A stretch of 64,000 bases of DNA from Nitrospirota bacterium (GCA_963751455.1 CAVVUN010000015.1:128001-192000); one strand, 5' to 3'; counted from the first letter of the stretch, positions 9,752 through 20,898 are shown. A program made the numbers and translations. The notes: generated by a model not told the origin, from the letters alone.

Positions 9752-10756
9752 ATGGAGAAATTCGTCTCAATCGTAATCCCGAATTATAACGGAAGCTCAA
9801 CCATCGGGAAATGCATCGAAGCGGCCTTGAAATCCGGATATGAACGCTTCGAGGTCGTGGTCGTTGACGACTGCTCCACGGACGGCTCCGTCGGGATCAT
9901 CGAGCGATATCCCTGCCGGCTGATACGGCTCCCGAAGCATGCCGGCGCGTCCGCGGCGAGAAACAAGGGCGCCGAAAACAGCAGCGGCGACCTGCTTTTT
10001 TTCATTGACGCCGATTGTCTTATCCGTGAAGATGCGCTCTCCCTCGCTGACAAGGCAAGTGCCGCGGAGCCGCGAGCGGTGATCGGCGGCACGTACAGCC
10101 CGCTGCCGTACGATCCCGGTTTTTTCAGCGCGTTCCAGTCCCTCTTTATTCATTATTCCGAGACAAAGAGGAACGAGCCGGATTACATCGCCACCCATGC
10201 AATGGCGATCCATAGTGCCGCATTCAAAGCGAGCGGGGGGTTCAGGGAAGATTTTTTCCCGATTCTTGAAGACGTGGAATTCTGTCACCGGCTACGCCGG
10301 TCCGGCATGCGCTTCATCATGAAGCCGGAGATCCAGGTGAGGCATGTGTTCAATTTTACGTTCATCAAGTCAATCCGCAACGCATTCCGGAAATCGTTAT
10401 ACTGGACTGCGTATTCTCTCATAAACAGGGACCTGCTCGCGGATTCGGGAACGGCGTCTGTTGAGCTTAAGATAAACGGCCTCTGCCTTTTTTTGACTGG
10501 CCTTTCAGCGCTGCTTTTTTCCCTGACCCACGAAAGAAGCTGGCTGGTTGCCGTGCCGTTTCTGTTCGGACTAAACCTCGTTTTCAGCCGGCGGCTGCTC
10601 AGCCTGTTTTATCGTGCCAAGGGACCGGGATTCTTCATATTCGCGGCGCTCTATTACACTATTTTGTATCCCCTTCCGGTGATCGCAGGTGGTGTTGGAG
10701 GCGTGATCAAATATGCCTTGTCTCCGGGCGGTAAAAAGGTTACGATGACCGAATAA
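9752..10756 (+). CDS. Glycosyltransferase family 2 with C-terminal TM helices
   Basis: VSIVIPNYN, VVDDCSTD, AARNKG, FIDADC, GGF...EDVEF. Confidence 0.92.
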   Translation: MEKFVSIVIPNYNGSSTIGKCIEAALKSGYERFEVVVVDDCSTDGSVGIIERYPCRLIRLPKHAGASAARNKGAENSSGDLLFFIDADCLIREDALSLADKASAAEPRAVIGGTYSPLPYDPGFFSAFQSLFIHYSETKRNEPDYIATHAMAIHSAAFKASGGFREDFFPILEDVEFCHRLRRSGMRFIMKPEIQVRHVFNFTFIKSIRNAFRKSLYWTAYSLINRDLLADSGTASVELKINGLCLFLTGLSALLFSLTHERSWLVAVPFLFGLNLVFSRRLLSLFYRAKGPGFFIFAALYYTILYPLPVIAGGVGGVIKYALSPGGKKVTMTE

Positions 10757-10923
10757 ATGGAACGAAAGATGACGGTAACGGCGTCGAGGCCCGTTTCGTA
10801 TGACGGTTACGTCGTTCATGTTATTTCCGTTACCGTAAGACGTTTGACGATACGGGCTTCGTAACCGTCAGACATGACTAATTGTTTGCGACTTGGCGAG
10901 CATTTCGTTTCTACTTACTATTC

Positions 10924-12006
10924 ATGTACTCTGCGCTCAGACATATGCCGTCAATCCTCTGGAAGGGCAGGCCTCTCCAGCTCACTTTTTTCCTTACGCG
11001 CCGGTGCAACGCGAAATGCCCCTTCTGCTTTTATCTCAAAAGCTCTGAAGGAGGGGGACAGGGAGAAGAGTTGTCGATTGACGAAATCGGGAAAATATCC
11101 CGCTCGCTCGGGAACCTGCTTTGGATAGCTTTTTCGGGGGGCGAGATCTATCTGAGAGACGACCTGGTAGAAATCAGCAGAATCTTCCATGACGGGAACA
11201 AGCCGGCAGTCATGCTTTTTCCCACAAACGGCATGCTTCCGCTGGTAATTCGCGCAAAAACCGAGAGGATCCTGAAAGAATGCAGAAACAGCGTAATCGC
11301 GGTCAAGCTCACGGTCGACGGCATCGGGAAAGCGCATGACGAGCTTCGCGCAACGCCGGGCATTTTCGACAGGACCATGGAGACGTACCACTTGCTGAAA
11401 CCGCTGCTCAAAACATATTCTAATTTCGAGCTCGGCGTAAATACGGTTTTCTGCTCGGAAAACCAGGATGCTATGGACGGGATAATCGACTTTGTGGACG
11501 GGCTGAAAGAAATCGGAACACACACCATCTCACTGGTTCGCGGAAATCTTTCGCAGACCCGGTACAAGAAGATCGACCCGAAGAAATATCGGGCTGCGAT
11601 CGACCGAATCGGAAACAAACTTACGAGCGGATGCGGAAAGACATACCGGTTCAAGGGAGCGCGGATCAAAGCCGCGCAGGATGTCCTTCAGCGCAAACTG
11701 ATACACCAGACCATGATTGAACAAAAACGGATCGTTCCCTGTTATGCGGGAAGACTCAATCTCGTGCTGACCGAAACCGGAGAGGTCAAGCCGTGCGAGA
11801 TCTTGCCAGGATCGTTCGGGAACGTCAGGGATTTCAATTATGATATGCGGAAGGTCACGCGTTCAGCCGAGGCCAAGGAAATCGTTAAATCCATCAAACA
11901 GCGTCGGTGTTTCTGCACCCATGAATGCTATCTGATGACGAATATCCTGTTCAATCCGCGATTATATCCGGCGCTCGCTCAGGAATACGTGAAGATACGG
12001 ACGTGA
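10924..12006 (+). CDS. Radical SAM protein with SPASM/twitch-like C-terminal Cys cluster
   Basis: CNAKCPFC, SGGE; C-terminal CYAG...PCE...CFCTHEC. Confidence 0.9.
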   Translation: MYSALRHMPSILWKGRPLQLTFFLTRRCNAKCPFCFYLKSSEGGGQGEELSIDEIGKISRSLGNLLWIAFSGGEIYLRDDLVEISRIFHDGNKPAVMLFPTNGMLPLVIRAKTERILKECRNSVIAVKLTVDGIGKAHDELRATPGIFDRTMETYHLLKPLLKTYSNFELGVNTVFCSENQDAMDGIIDFVDGLKEIGTHTISLVRGNLSQTRYKKIDPKKYRAAIDRIGNKLTSGCGKTYRFKGARIKAAQDVLQRKLIHQTMIEQKRIVPCYAGRLNLVLTETGEVKPCEILPGSFGNVRDFNYDMRKVTRSAEAKEIVKSIKQRRCFCTHECYLMTNILFNPRLYPALAQEYVKIRT

Positions 12007-12073
12007 ACTGCGCCACTCGACTTGAATCCCGCGACTTGCAATCCCCCGGCTCCTGCCGGAGGGGGCTCCACTA

Positions 12074-12281
12074 GTGTAGTGTCTCACAAACGACTGGTGT
12101 TATCATAGCGCGGCAGTAGGCCGCAGCCAAACTTGTAGGGCAAGGCTTTAGCCTTGCTGAAAGCGCCGGAACAGCAGCAACCCTAAAGGGTCGCCCTACA
12201 AATTCATCAGCAAATATTTATGCGAAGATAAGTTTTCGATGAGAAATCATCATAACACCGTCCATTTAAGAGTCACTACAC
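12074..12281. mobile_element. MITE-like element carrying a GTAG-type REP doublet
   Basis: Imperfect TIRs gtgtagtgtctcacaaacgactggtgttat / ataacaccgtccatttaagagtcactacac; internal gtagggcaaggctttagccttgc ... gcaaccctaaagggtcgccctac. Confidence 0.75.
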
Positions 12282-12347
12282 CAGGAATTGCTCTAAATTC
12301 TCAGTTTGTATCTGCATTTTTAATTTGCGTTTTTCAGCTTTTCAGCG

Positions 12348-13787
12348 TTACTTCTTTTTCCCGAAAAGCCCCTTTTCCTTCCAAAGCCAGAATAGGCTCC
12401 GTGCGGCCTTTGCCGCGGTCTTTATATCATCCATGCTTCTGAGCGCGAGAACTTTTTTTATAATGAACGATGGCCGTGAATAAAACTTCCTGAAGGCCGT
12501 CTGTCTCAGGTCCAGTATCTGCTCCCTGGTCATGGTATATGGTATAAACGCGGCGCCTTGATACGTGAAGTCCGTGAGGTCTTCCGAAATCGTGCCATAC
12601 TTATCCAGGTTGTCATACAGGTAGCTTCCCGGGAACGGCGTAATCGCATGGAAGTTTGCCATGTCGGGATCGAGCTCGATTGCGAACCGGATCGTTTCAA
12701 GACCCTCCTCGTAGGTCTCCCCAGGTATCCCGAATAAAAACGGGGTGCTCACTTTCAGTCCTGCATTTTTCGCGGCACTTACCGCCTTCCGGATTTGGTC
12801 GATGGTCGTGCCTTTCCGTATAGCATTTAGATTCTTCTGGACCCCGCTCTCGGCGCCGAACAGGACCGCCCAGCACCCTGCTTCCTTGAATGCCCTGAGC
12901 AGCGGCTCGTCCACCTGGTTGACGCAAGCCGATGCAAACCATGTGAAATCAAGCCGTCGTTTCTTTATTTCTGCCGCAAACTGCATTGCCCTGTCGTAGT
13001 TCGCAGCCAGGGTATCGTCAAGGAATTTAATCTCGCGATACCCCTGCTTCAGGCATTGCTCGATTTCCTGCATTACGTTATCAATGCTGCGGTAGCGTAT
13101 CCCGCTTTTCCTTGTCTTGTCCAACTGAAAACAGTAAATGCACCTGCGATTGCAGCCGCGCGAAGTGATCATGACCGCAACCGGTTTTCTCTTGTAGGTG
13201 GCAGGAGGAGGTATGTATTGGTTGGCATCGCCAAGGAGATCTCTTGCCGGAAAAGGCAGGGCATCCAGGTCTTCGATCAGCGGCCGCGGCGGGTTCGTTG
13301 CGATACTTCCGTTTTCCCAATAGACCAGCCCTAGAACGCCGGCAAGCTTTTCTCCGCGCTGAAGCCGACCGACCGTCTCCCGAAGTGTATATTCTCCCTC
13401 GCCGGTAACGACCGCATCCATACAGTGCCCTGCGTCTTTAAGGCAGCGCTCCTGCATTGCGATCGGATATGGACCGCCGGCGCAGATGAAGACCCGGTCG
13501 CCGAACTTTTTTCTCAGATCTGCCGCTGTATTCTTTGCCTTGATCCATCCGAACGTTGTTGAATAAATGCCGATGAATTCGGGCCGGAATTGTTCGGTTC
13601 GGCGCAGCACTTCGTCATGCGGCAGAAACGCGCCGTTCAGGAACGTCACGTCATGCCCGGCATTGCGAAGGACAGCGGCCACGGAAAGCGTGCCGATCGG
13701 CTGCCAGTAGTTTATCTGGGAGCCGGCTGTTTTTGAAGAAAAAATATCAGCAGGCACCCAGGAAGGGATTATCAGCGCACATTTCAT
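12348..13787 (-). CDS. B12-binding radical SAM protein (class B methyltransferase-like)
   Basis: N-terminal cobalamin-binding region (PxG..., GGPYP, GEGE), SRGCNRRCIYC, GAESG, FGIPGET, TPFPGS. Confidence 0.92.
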   Translation of the reverse strand: MKCALIIPSWVPADIFSSKTAGSQINYWQPIGTLSVAAVLRNAGHDVTFLNGAFLPHDEVLRRTEQFRPEFIGIYSTTFGWIKAKNTAADLRKKFGDRVFICAGGPYPIAMQERCLKDAGHCMDAVVTGEGEYTLRETVGRLQRGEKLAGVLGLVYWENGSIATNPPRPLIEDLDALPFPARDLLGDANQYIPPPATYKRKPVAVMITSRGCNRRCIYCFQLDKTRKSGIRYRSIDNVMQEIEQCLKQGYREIKFLDDTLAANYDRAMQFAAEIKKRRLDFTWFASACVNQVDEPLLRAFKEAGCWAVLFGAESGVQKNLNAIRKGTTIDQIRKAVSAAKNAGLKVSTPFLFGIPGETYEEGLETIRFAIELDPDMANFHAITPFPGSYLYDNLDKYGTISEDLTDFTYQGAAFIPYTMTREQILDLRQTAFRKFYSRPSFIIKKVLALRSMDDIKTAAKAARSLFWLWKEKGLFGKKK

Positions 13788-13979
13788 ATCATGCTACCTC
13801 GCAGCGTGGCCTTTGGACCCAAAGAAACGAAACTCAGTTAACATGGCCGCAAAAATGCGCAAGATGCGCAAAAAAAACAAGAGATAGGGAATTTCAAGCG
13901 ACATTGGATCCGCTAAGATTATTGCCGGGATTACTGCTTCTGCTTTTTCGTCCATCGTCCTTCGTCTATCCTCCCTCGA

Positions 13980-15344
13980 TCATTTTCTTTTCAGGATCTT
14001 CTCCGCCGCCCCCAGCCCCGACTCGATCGCGTGGTCCATATTATAGTAGCGGAACATGCCTGATCTGCCGGCAATGTGGAGGTTATCAAAACCGGCCAGG
14101 TAAGCCGCAATTTCGTCAAAATGTTTTTCGTACCCGACTTCGAATAAGGGGTACGCCTTCGGCACGCGGACCACCGCGCTGTCGATTACTTCTTGCCGGC
14201 GAATATAGCCAAGCCGGTCGAGATGGTCAATGCCGATGTCCGCCAGCTTTTGGTCCTCCGAGTTCCAGATCTCATCACCCTTGAAACTGAAAAACTCGAG
14301 CACCAGCAGTGTTTTCCCTTCCGGCGCCATCTGCTCGCTCCAGTTGGTCGGTTCGTGAATCCTTCCGAACGGAATCTTCTTCTCCGGGATGTAAATCCAG
14401 GTCTGGTCGGTGACTCTCGGCCGGTCGATCATGAGCGTCACGACGACGAGGTCCCGAAACCGCAATTTCGAGGCAGCGGCAAGAATGCGGCCGGGAGGCG
14501 CCGGGGCAAGCATCTTCACGAGGTTCGTGACAGGCATGCTGGAGATGAACTCCCGGCCGCGTTCCGTTCGGGATTGTCCCTGCCGGTTCACGATAATGCT
14601 CTCAATTCTGCCGCCGTCATGGTTGATACGCTCGACCCGCGTTTCAGTCAGGATTGTACCTGACTTTTCTATCCCCTGTTGAAGCAGGTCCGAGATCCGG
14701 CCGATCCCGAGACGAGGGTAGACAAAATTATCAACGAGGGTGGGTATCTTCCGCCCGCTTCTCTTGAATAGCGCATTCGAGACTGTCTTTGTCAAAGACA
14801 GCCCGTTTATCCGCTGGTCCACCCATTGTGCGCTGATCCTGCTGCAGTCGATGCCCCATACTTTCTCGCTGTACTCCTTGAAATAGAAGTCGAACATGGT
14901 CCGGCCGAAATGCGCAACCACCCAGTCTTCAAGCGATACCGCTTCCGGTTCCCGGAAAAGCCGCTTCATGCGCTCGATGCCGTAGTCTGCGAATATCGCG
15001 AGCGTGGCGGGTATACCCATGCCGAACAATGCATTAAAAGGCTTCAGGGGATAGTCGAAGTATTTCCCGCGCATCAGTATTTTGCTCCTGCGCGCTACGT
15101 TTATCAATTCACCGTCCATCACGTTTTTCACGAACGTATCTATTCGCTCGTCTTTCGTGAAAAACCTGTGGCCGCCAAGGTCGAACCGGTATCCGTTCTG
15201 CTCGATCGTTTTCGAAATGCCCCCGACTGTCCGGTCCAGTTCGAATACAGAGAGTCCGATGCCTTCCTTTGCCAGTACATAACCGGCAGAGAGTCCCGTT
15301 AGGCCGCCACCCATTATTAATACTTCATTTTGGTGTTCAATCAC
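13980..15344 (-). CDS. FAD-dependent oxidoreductase (HemY/UDP-galactopyranose-mutase-like, glycan-cluster type)
   Basis: GGGLTGL dinucleotide motif, FDLGGHRFF, YSEKVWG, GRSGMFRYYNMDH. Confidence 0.88.
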   Translation of the reverse strand: MIEHQNEVLIMGGGLTGLSAGYVLAKEGIGLSVFELDRTVGGISKTIEQNGYRFDLGGHRFFTKDERIDTFVKNVMDGELINVARRSKILMRGKYFDYPLKPFNALFGMGIPATLAIFADYGIERMKRLFREPEAVSLEDWVVAHFGRTMFDFYFKEYSEKVWGIDCSRISAQWVDQRINGLSLTKTVSNALFKRSGRKIPTLVDNFVYPRLGIGRISDLLQQGIEKSGTILTETRVERINHDGGRIESIIVNRQGQSRTERGREFISSMPVTNLVKMLAPAPPGRILAAASKLRFRDLVVVTLMIDRPRVTDQTWIYIPEKKIPFGRIHEPTNWSEQMAPEGKTLLVLEFFSFKGDEIWNSEDQKLADIGIDHLDRLGYIRRQEVIDSAVVRVPKAYPLFEVGYEKHFDEIAAYLAGFDNLHIAGRSGMFRYYNMDHAIESGLGAAEKILKRK

Positions 15345-16120
15345 AATATCACCTGCTAAAAGTAAATCCGGATGGCAATTTTATAATAAAAAGAACCATT
15401 GTGTCTATTAAATTCTTGATCCAGCATCTTAACTTTCAATGAGATAACCTCGCTATATTACCACCAATGCCCCCGCTTATCCATATCATCCAGCACCTGC
15501 GGCAGGATTCTGGTATTTAGTCATCAACATTTCATCAATACTCAAAAACCCGACAAAATCAGCGGCCTGCTCATTCAGGCAAGATCATGGTCCTGGCCCC
15601 AGAACGAGTCAGATGGGTTCTCCGCTTTGGCAACAGAAGGATACGAAATTTTTTGAAGAGTCTGATACGCTGTTCGCAACGTCATCAAAATAATGTTTGC
15701 CGCCCGCGTGCATGCAATCCTGAAAACGACAAGCGCATGAAATTCTCTTCTCTATCAATGCCAGGACTTTGAGATTTGCTACATTTTGTTACAGAAAAAT
15801 AACAAAAAATGCCGAATGTTTTCGCAAGAAAAGCCGAGACAAAAAAACAATTTTATGAAATAATTTGCCACTCTTTCTTTAAAGTACGTTACAGGCTTAT
15901 ATCCCCGTCTCTGTTTGATAGATTTCTTCCGTGAGTTGGGTATTAACGTTCGGAAGTGCATCGAGTCTCCTGTCCAGAGTCTGCTATTCGAAGAATCAAA
16001 TTTTCTGAAAACTACTTGCGCTTTTCACCCTCATCTCGATATTTTTGTGAACTCTTTATAGACTAGTCTTCGACATTCGCTATTGTGAAAAAATAAATTC
16101 CGGATCGAAAGGAGCTTTAA

Positions 16121-16936
16121 ATGAAACATCATTCATACGAGCAGGGATACGATATGCCACCAATGATATGGGTGGTATCTGTGTGGGCGGTGATCCTGTT
16201 GTTGCTTCCGATATCTCAATCAGCATCTGCTCAAAGTGCTCAAGACGACAAAGGGAAATCGGAAATGGCTGTAGAAAAAAGGAATTCAGAAATTATTAAT
16301 TACGTGCGGAATAAATATAAAGTCCAGGATATCCATTCAGAGATGCAAAAGACGGAACACGGCCTCGCGGGCTCTATATTCATTATCGGCGACATGACTC
16401 CGAAGAACATCGGGCCTGCCGGAGCAGATACAACAAAGTCGGACCGGGCACGTGATATAGCGAAGACGCTGATTCTCGGCGAGCCGGATATTTTCAGCGC
16501 GATCAAGCAGCATGAACTCAGAGAGGCCGCGATGAAAACCGGCGAACAGGGAACTACAATCATCAGGTACCAGAGGACTATTAACAATATACCGCTAAGC
16601 GGTATGGATATCATCGTGCATGTCGGACACGACGAGTCAGTATCGTACGTAAGTGCCCGGACCGTGCCGATACCGCCGGCGCTCGAAGCGGAAGCGACTA
16701 GGGATACACTGCGGGAAGATGCTCTCTTGCCGATCATCGAGGACGATTTAAGGGCCTCGAACGCTAAGTATAACATTCTTAAAGTGCTCGGGAACAAAAA
16801 AGTCGCAATCACTGCACCACCCTATATAGTATGGATCTCGGATGTAATGTTGCTTGCTGACACCGCAAGATGGATTTACAAAATCGATGCGTTTACCGGA
16901 AAAGTAATCGAAAAAAGAGACGCCCTAGTTGAATAG
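16121..16936 (+). CDS. Stand-alone exported M4 propeptide-like protein (FTP + PepSY domains)
   Basis: Signal peptide ending ASA-Q; RYQRTINNIPL...IVHV (FTP-like) and WxYxIDAxTGKVI (PepSY-like). Confidence 0.75.
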   Translation: MKHHSYEQGYDMPPMIWVVSVWAVILLLLPISQSASAQSAQDDKGKSEMAVEKRNSEIINYVRNKYKVQDIHSEMQKTEHGLAGSIFIIGDMTPKNIGPAGADTTKSDRARDIAKTLILGEPDIFSAIKQHELREAAMKTGEQGTTIIRYQRTINNIPLSGMDIIVHVGHDESVSYVSARTVPIPPALEAEATRDTLREDALLPIIEDDLRASNAKYNILKVLGNKKVAITAPPYIVWISDVMLLADTARWIYKIDAFTGKVIEKRDALVE

Positions 16937-17045
16937 TTTGAAAGGATGGCCCTATCCGATAAATTTTTATGGTAACGGATGCCCCATAAGCCACTTTTGG
17001 AAATGAAAACTTTCTAAAGCAGCAAATCGAAATGGAGGCTAAATA

Positions 17046-18749
17046 ATGAAACTCTATTCATTCAAAAAATCATTGATGCTTATGCTCTTAATTTATTTTC
17101 TTGCTCTAATATCAGCACCTGTTAATGTCTTTTCATGTGAGCCAGCCATCGGCCAGGGAACAGGCGTGCTGCCAAGCACTGTGAAGGCGATTAATACCTG
17201 CGTTTCATCGGCTTGTATCGATTTTTTTTATCTTAGGGATGTCTCCAGATCGGGTATAACAACTGATCTCTATAGTAATCTTACTGAGCAATCATACGAA
17301 GGCGCATATCTCTATGGTGCAAATGGAACTGGATTGTTGAACTATGAAAATGTCTGGAACGATACGGTATATGGAGCCGCAGTCGATGCACACGATTATG
17401 CGGGGAAAACATACAGTTATCTTTTTTCGACGTTCGGTAGAACATTCAATGAAATAACAGGTTCACGAATGACTAACTTGGTTGATGGAGATGCGACGCA
17501 TTATATAGGCCAAGGAATTGTTGTCTACGAAATACCGACCGGTCTCGGATATTATAAACCATCGAGAGCAATCGACACCGTGGCACATGAGTTCTTCCAT
17601 GGGATATCAAGTGCTTCGGCAACCGGATTCAACAATGACTATCTTGATGATTGCGAAAATGCCGCCTTATCCGAATCTTTTTCCGATATCATGGGGATTG
17701 GAGTCAAACGCGCTAATCGGCAAACTTGGACTGATGATGATTGGATGGTCATGAAAGATATGTACACGGGAGCATTGTGGCTTGATAACAACAACAATCA
17801 ATGCGCGGCGGGCCAAGCCGGTTGCCGCCAGATTATTGGAAGAAGGAACGTTAAAAATCCTCTCGATAACCGGGTTAGATGCCTACAGCCTGATTACTAT
17901 GGAGGTCAGAATTGGTGCGTACCGCAATCTCAAACGGGACTGCATTGCGGCTCATATCCTTGCGATCGGCACCATGTGAATGCCGGCGTACCGAACAAAA
18001 TGTTTTACCTTCTTTCAGAGGGGGGGACGCATGCAACAAGTGGTGTATATGTACAGAAGTTAGGGATGACAACAGCGGTACAAATACTATATAAGGCAAA
18101 TCAGGAGTTCTGGCGTGAAAATGAATCCATGTATGGAGCGATGGTTGGCATGGTAGGTGCGGCATCACGCGATTATGGTTCCGGCTCGAATGAGGTGCGA
18201 CAAGTCAAGCTTGCGTGGACTGCCGTGGGCGTCGGGAATCGGCTGACTATGGCAAAGGCCGGCGACGGCAATGGTACAATAAGTAAGACGTCTGCGTATT
18301 TAGGTTCCGGCTATTCCAAAGATATTTATCCTCTTGGCGATGCCGTCACTTTCACGGCCACGCCGGACAGCTACTCAGTGTTCGCCGGCTGGTTATATGC
18401 TGACTGTGGCGGCATCCCGCCATGTGAAGGCACGGGGGCCTGCACGCTGTATCCTGATACTACAAGTTACTATAATGCCTTATTTGTCCGGCCTAAAATA
18501 TATGTAACCAAAACCGGAACAGGATCCGGGACAGTCAGCGGGCCGGGTATTTCGTGTGGATCTGATTGTTCTGAAACCTATCTGCCGAATGTGAACGTCA
18601 CTCTGAATGCAGCGCCGGATTATGGTTCTCTCTTTACAGGCTGGTCGGGTCAGGGCTGCAGCGGGACAGGGACGTCCTGCACTGTAGCCTTAAACAACGT
18701 AAAATACGTAACTGCAACTTTTGATTATGACTACTCCAGCTACGGCTGA
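17046..18749 (+). CDS. M4 (thermolysin-family) zinc metalloprotease lacking a propeptide, with C-terminal InlB-B-like repeats
   Basis: Own signal peptide; GxGxGVL, AVDAH, VAHEFFHG, ALSESFSD, HVNAGVPNKMFYLL; two GxGxV...FxGW.G.C.G.G.C repeats. Confidence 0.88.
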   Translation: MKLYSFKKSLMLMLLIYFLALISAPVNVFSCEPAIGQGTGVLPSTVKAINTCVSSACIDFFYLRDVSRSGITTDLYSNLTEQSYEGAYLYGANGTGLLNYENVWNDTVYGAAVDAHDYAGKTYSYLFSTFGRTFNEITGSRMTNLVDGDATHYIGQGIVVYEIPTGLGYYKPSRAIDTVAHEFFHGISSASATGFNNDYLDDCENAALSESFSDIMGIGVKRANRQTWTDDDWMVMKDMYTGALWLDNNNNQCAAGQAGCRQIIGRRNVKNPLDNRVRCLQPDYYGGQNWCVPQSQTGLHCGSYPCDRHHVNAGVPNKMFYLLSEGGTHATSGVYVQKLGMTTAVQILYKANQEFWRENESMYGAMVGMVGAASRDYGSGSNEVRQVKLAWTAVGVGNRLTMAKAGDGNGTISKTSAYLGSGYSKDIYPLGDAVTFTATPDSYSVFAGWLYADCGGIPPCEGTGACTLYPDTTSYYNALFVRPKIYVTKTGTGSGTVSGPGISCGSDCSETYLPNVNVTLNAAPDYGSLFTGWSGQGCSGTGTSCTVALNNVKYVTATFDYDYSSYG

Positions 18750-18843
18750 TAGTATTCTCGGCAGGCGGTCGCCTGCCTTACGATAAGAACGAGAAGTATG
18801 CGCCTGTATAAGCATCTGCCAGCACCCGGCGCCGGATGACCTA

Positions 18844-20532
18844 TCACCAGAATACGCGCACGGCGATTTTATTAGGGAAAATGCCGTCATCAATAGCAAA
18901 ATTTTTTGTACTTTTACAATTTGCAATTTTCATTTGAACCGAAAGCGGCAGCGGCTCCATTTCACTTCTGGATAGAACCGCGATCGCATGGTCCTTCCCG
19001 GCATCCACCGGGTCTGATGCATAGTAACGCGGGTTTTTATATTCCCAGGTAAACCTGTACCTCGATACTGCAATCTCGTCAGCGGGCGGAAAGTTTCCGG
19101 GCACGTAGTTGTATACTATACGCTTTTTCGAATAGAGGTCAAGCAGGGGCACAAGGACTGCCTGGTTCATACTCTCCCCCGCTTTCGGGACGGTAAAAAC
19201 TTCAACGGTGTCGGTTTGCAGAGTATCAATAAATGCCCCGGCGTTCATGAGATTCACGCTCGTGCGCTTCTGCAGGAACGGCAGATATGCGGACATCGCA
19301 ATGACAAGCGACGATATTACTGCGCAAGACACGATGAACTTTCTCGCGTCTGTGTCCCGTATCTGTTGAATTCCGTATGATGCCATCAATGCCAGCATTG
19401 GTAAAACCGGTAAGAGGTAACGAATTCTTTTTATCTGAAATACGAAAGCAAGGAGGGGAAGCCAGAGAATCATGAGATATTTTATGTCTTTTTTTCTTGC
19501 GGCCGCATATAGAGAATAAACGGCTCCGATCGTAATAAAAGGATGTATCTGATAAAAGAACATCGAGACGAGACTCTCGCCCCATCGGTGCAGTCCCGGG
19601 CCCTGGAAAGTGCGGAGCAGGCTCACTTGTTCGGAAATTATGTCGTATTTCAGAATGAGAGCAGTCCCGATCAAGAGGCATGAGAGGATTGCCACAGACA
19701 GTGTCCTGGTTACTATGTCCCGGGATAAGAAGCGAGGCTTGGTGGAAGCATATGCCATAACTGCAAAAAAAAGGACGGAAAGCATCGGCCATGACGAGTA
19801 TTTTGAAAAAAAAGTGAGGAAAACGGCGACAGAGGTCAGAAGGACAGGCCATACACCCCCATGTTCCAAACTCTTGAGAAGCGCATAAACCGATAAGGTA
19901 AGGAGGAACATCGTCGGGATGTCGACGAGCATCAGCGGCAGTTGTGAATAGATGTACGGCATGCCGAGAAGAAGAGCGGCTGCCTGTAAACCAGTCTGCT
20001 CATCCCACAGCTGTTTTCCGATGTGATTCGTCAAGACGATAGTCAGGGAGAAGAGGAGAGTCGAAAAAATCTGTATCGCAAGCAGCGATTCGCCGACTGT
20101 CTTGAAAATCAGACCAAAAAAAAATGGAACAGCGGGCAGATCGGTCCAGGCTGGGATCCCTGAGCCCCATTCCCGAAGAAAGAAGCCGATTCCGTACAGT
20201 TCGAGGTGTTTAGCCTCGGCAAAGTAACGGGAACTGTCCGGAATATAATGCGGTATAGTCCAGAATAACGCACCGGCCGCGAAAGAAAGGACAATAAGCA
20301 GCAGAGGCCCGCGGCGACCTGTCCAGGCAACGCGTGAAACAAGGTAGGCTATGGCGACCCCGCAGAAAAGAGTGATGTAGACTCTCGTAATATTGCTTCG
20401 ATCCAGCATCCACTGCCAGCTTGTCAATCCGCTATCATCAGCTTCGCGAAACGCATAAAGCCCGAGAAAAGTGATCAGCGTGAGGATTGCTGTCAATATT
20501 GTTCGTCTTATAGTTTCAAAATCACGCAACAT
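18844..20532 (-). CDS. GT-C fold membrane glycosyltransferase (family 39 / ArnT-PMT-like)
   Basis: Multi-TM; DxxRY, D.P motifs, FSKY, RYLLP. Confidence 0.8.
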   Translation of the reverse strand: MLRDFETIRRTILTAILTLITFLGLYAFREADDSGLTSWQWMLDRSNITRVYITLFCGVAIAYLVSRVAWTGRRGPLLLIVLSFAAGALFWTIPHYIPDSSRYFAEAKHLELYGIGFFLREWGSGIPAWTDLPAVPFFFGLIFKTVGESLLAIQIFSTLLFSLTIVLTNHIGKQLWDEQTGLQAAALLLGMPYIYSQLPLMLVDIPTMFLLTLSVYALLKSLEHGGVWPVLLTSVAVFLTFFSKYSSWPMLSVLFFAVMAYASTKPRFLSRDIVTRTLSVAILSCLLIGTALILKYDIISEQVSLLRTFQGPGLHRWGESLVSMFFYQIHPFITIGAVYSLYAAARKKDIKYLMILWLPLLAFVFQIKRIRYLLPVLPMLALMASYGIQQIRDTDARKFIVSCAVISSLVIAMSAYLPFLQKRTSVNLMNAGAFIDTLQTDTVEVFTVPKAGESMNQAVLVPLLDLYSKKRIVYNYVPGNFPPADEIAVSRYRFTWEYKNPRYYASDPVDAGKDHAIAVLSRSEMEPLPLSVQMKIANCKSTKNFAIDDGIFPNKIAVRVFW

Positions 20533-20868
20533 AAGATGTTATAAAAAAAATTTCTCCGTTACGGTTCTTCCCGTTAATAACAGCCTTGGAATGACTATGG
20601 AAACATAATTCATGCTGAATCAAAATGCAAGTTGAAAGTAAAATGAATTAATTCGCGGGTTCAAACAAAGAGCAGTTTTATTTCGTTAATTGAGGAATTT
20701 AAGACATCTCGTCCGGTGGGTTATCAGACATGAAATACGCAATCTCGATCAATATACTTAAAATTATAATTTGAGACCATTTAAGCTAAACGGGTGAGCC
20801 ATCGTTACTTATTCTCCCATAGACAACTCAATTTGTCGCTTTACAACTGTTGTATCTATAACTTCATG

Positions 20869-20898
20869 TTGACACCAGATAATACTTTTAGCTATCAT
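20869..20898 (+). promoter_or_regulatory. Sigma70-like promoter upstream of the porin operon
   Basis: TTGACA-N18-TATCAT in an AT-rich divergent intergenic region. Confidence 0.5.

Noticed and set aside
15420-15780. Minus-strand pseudogene ending G-TGA-Y-G (possible Sec or YG tail)
   Set aside because: No credible start, other frames are equally plausible, and there is no recognisable homology
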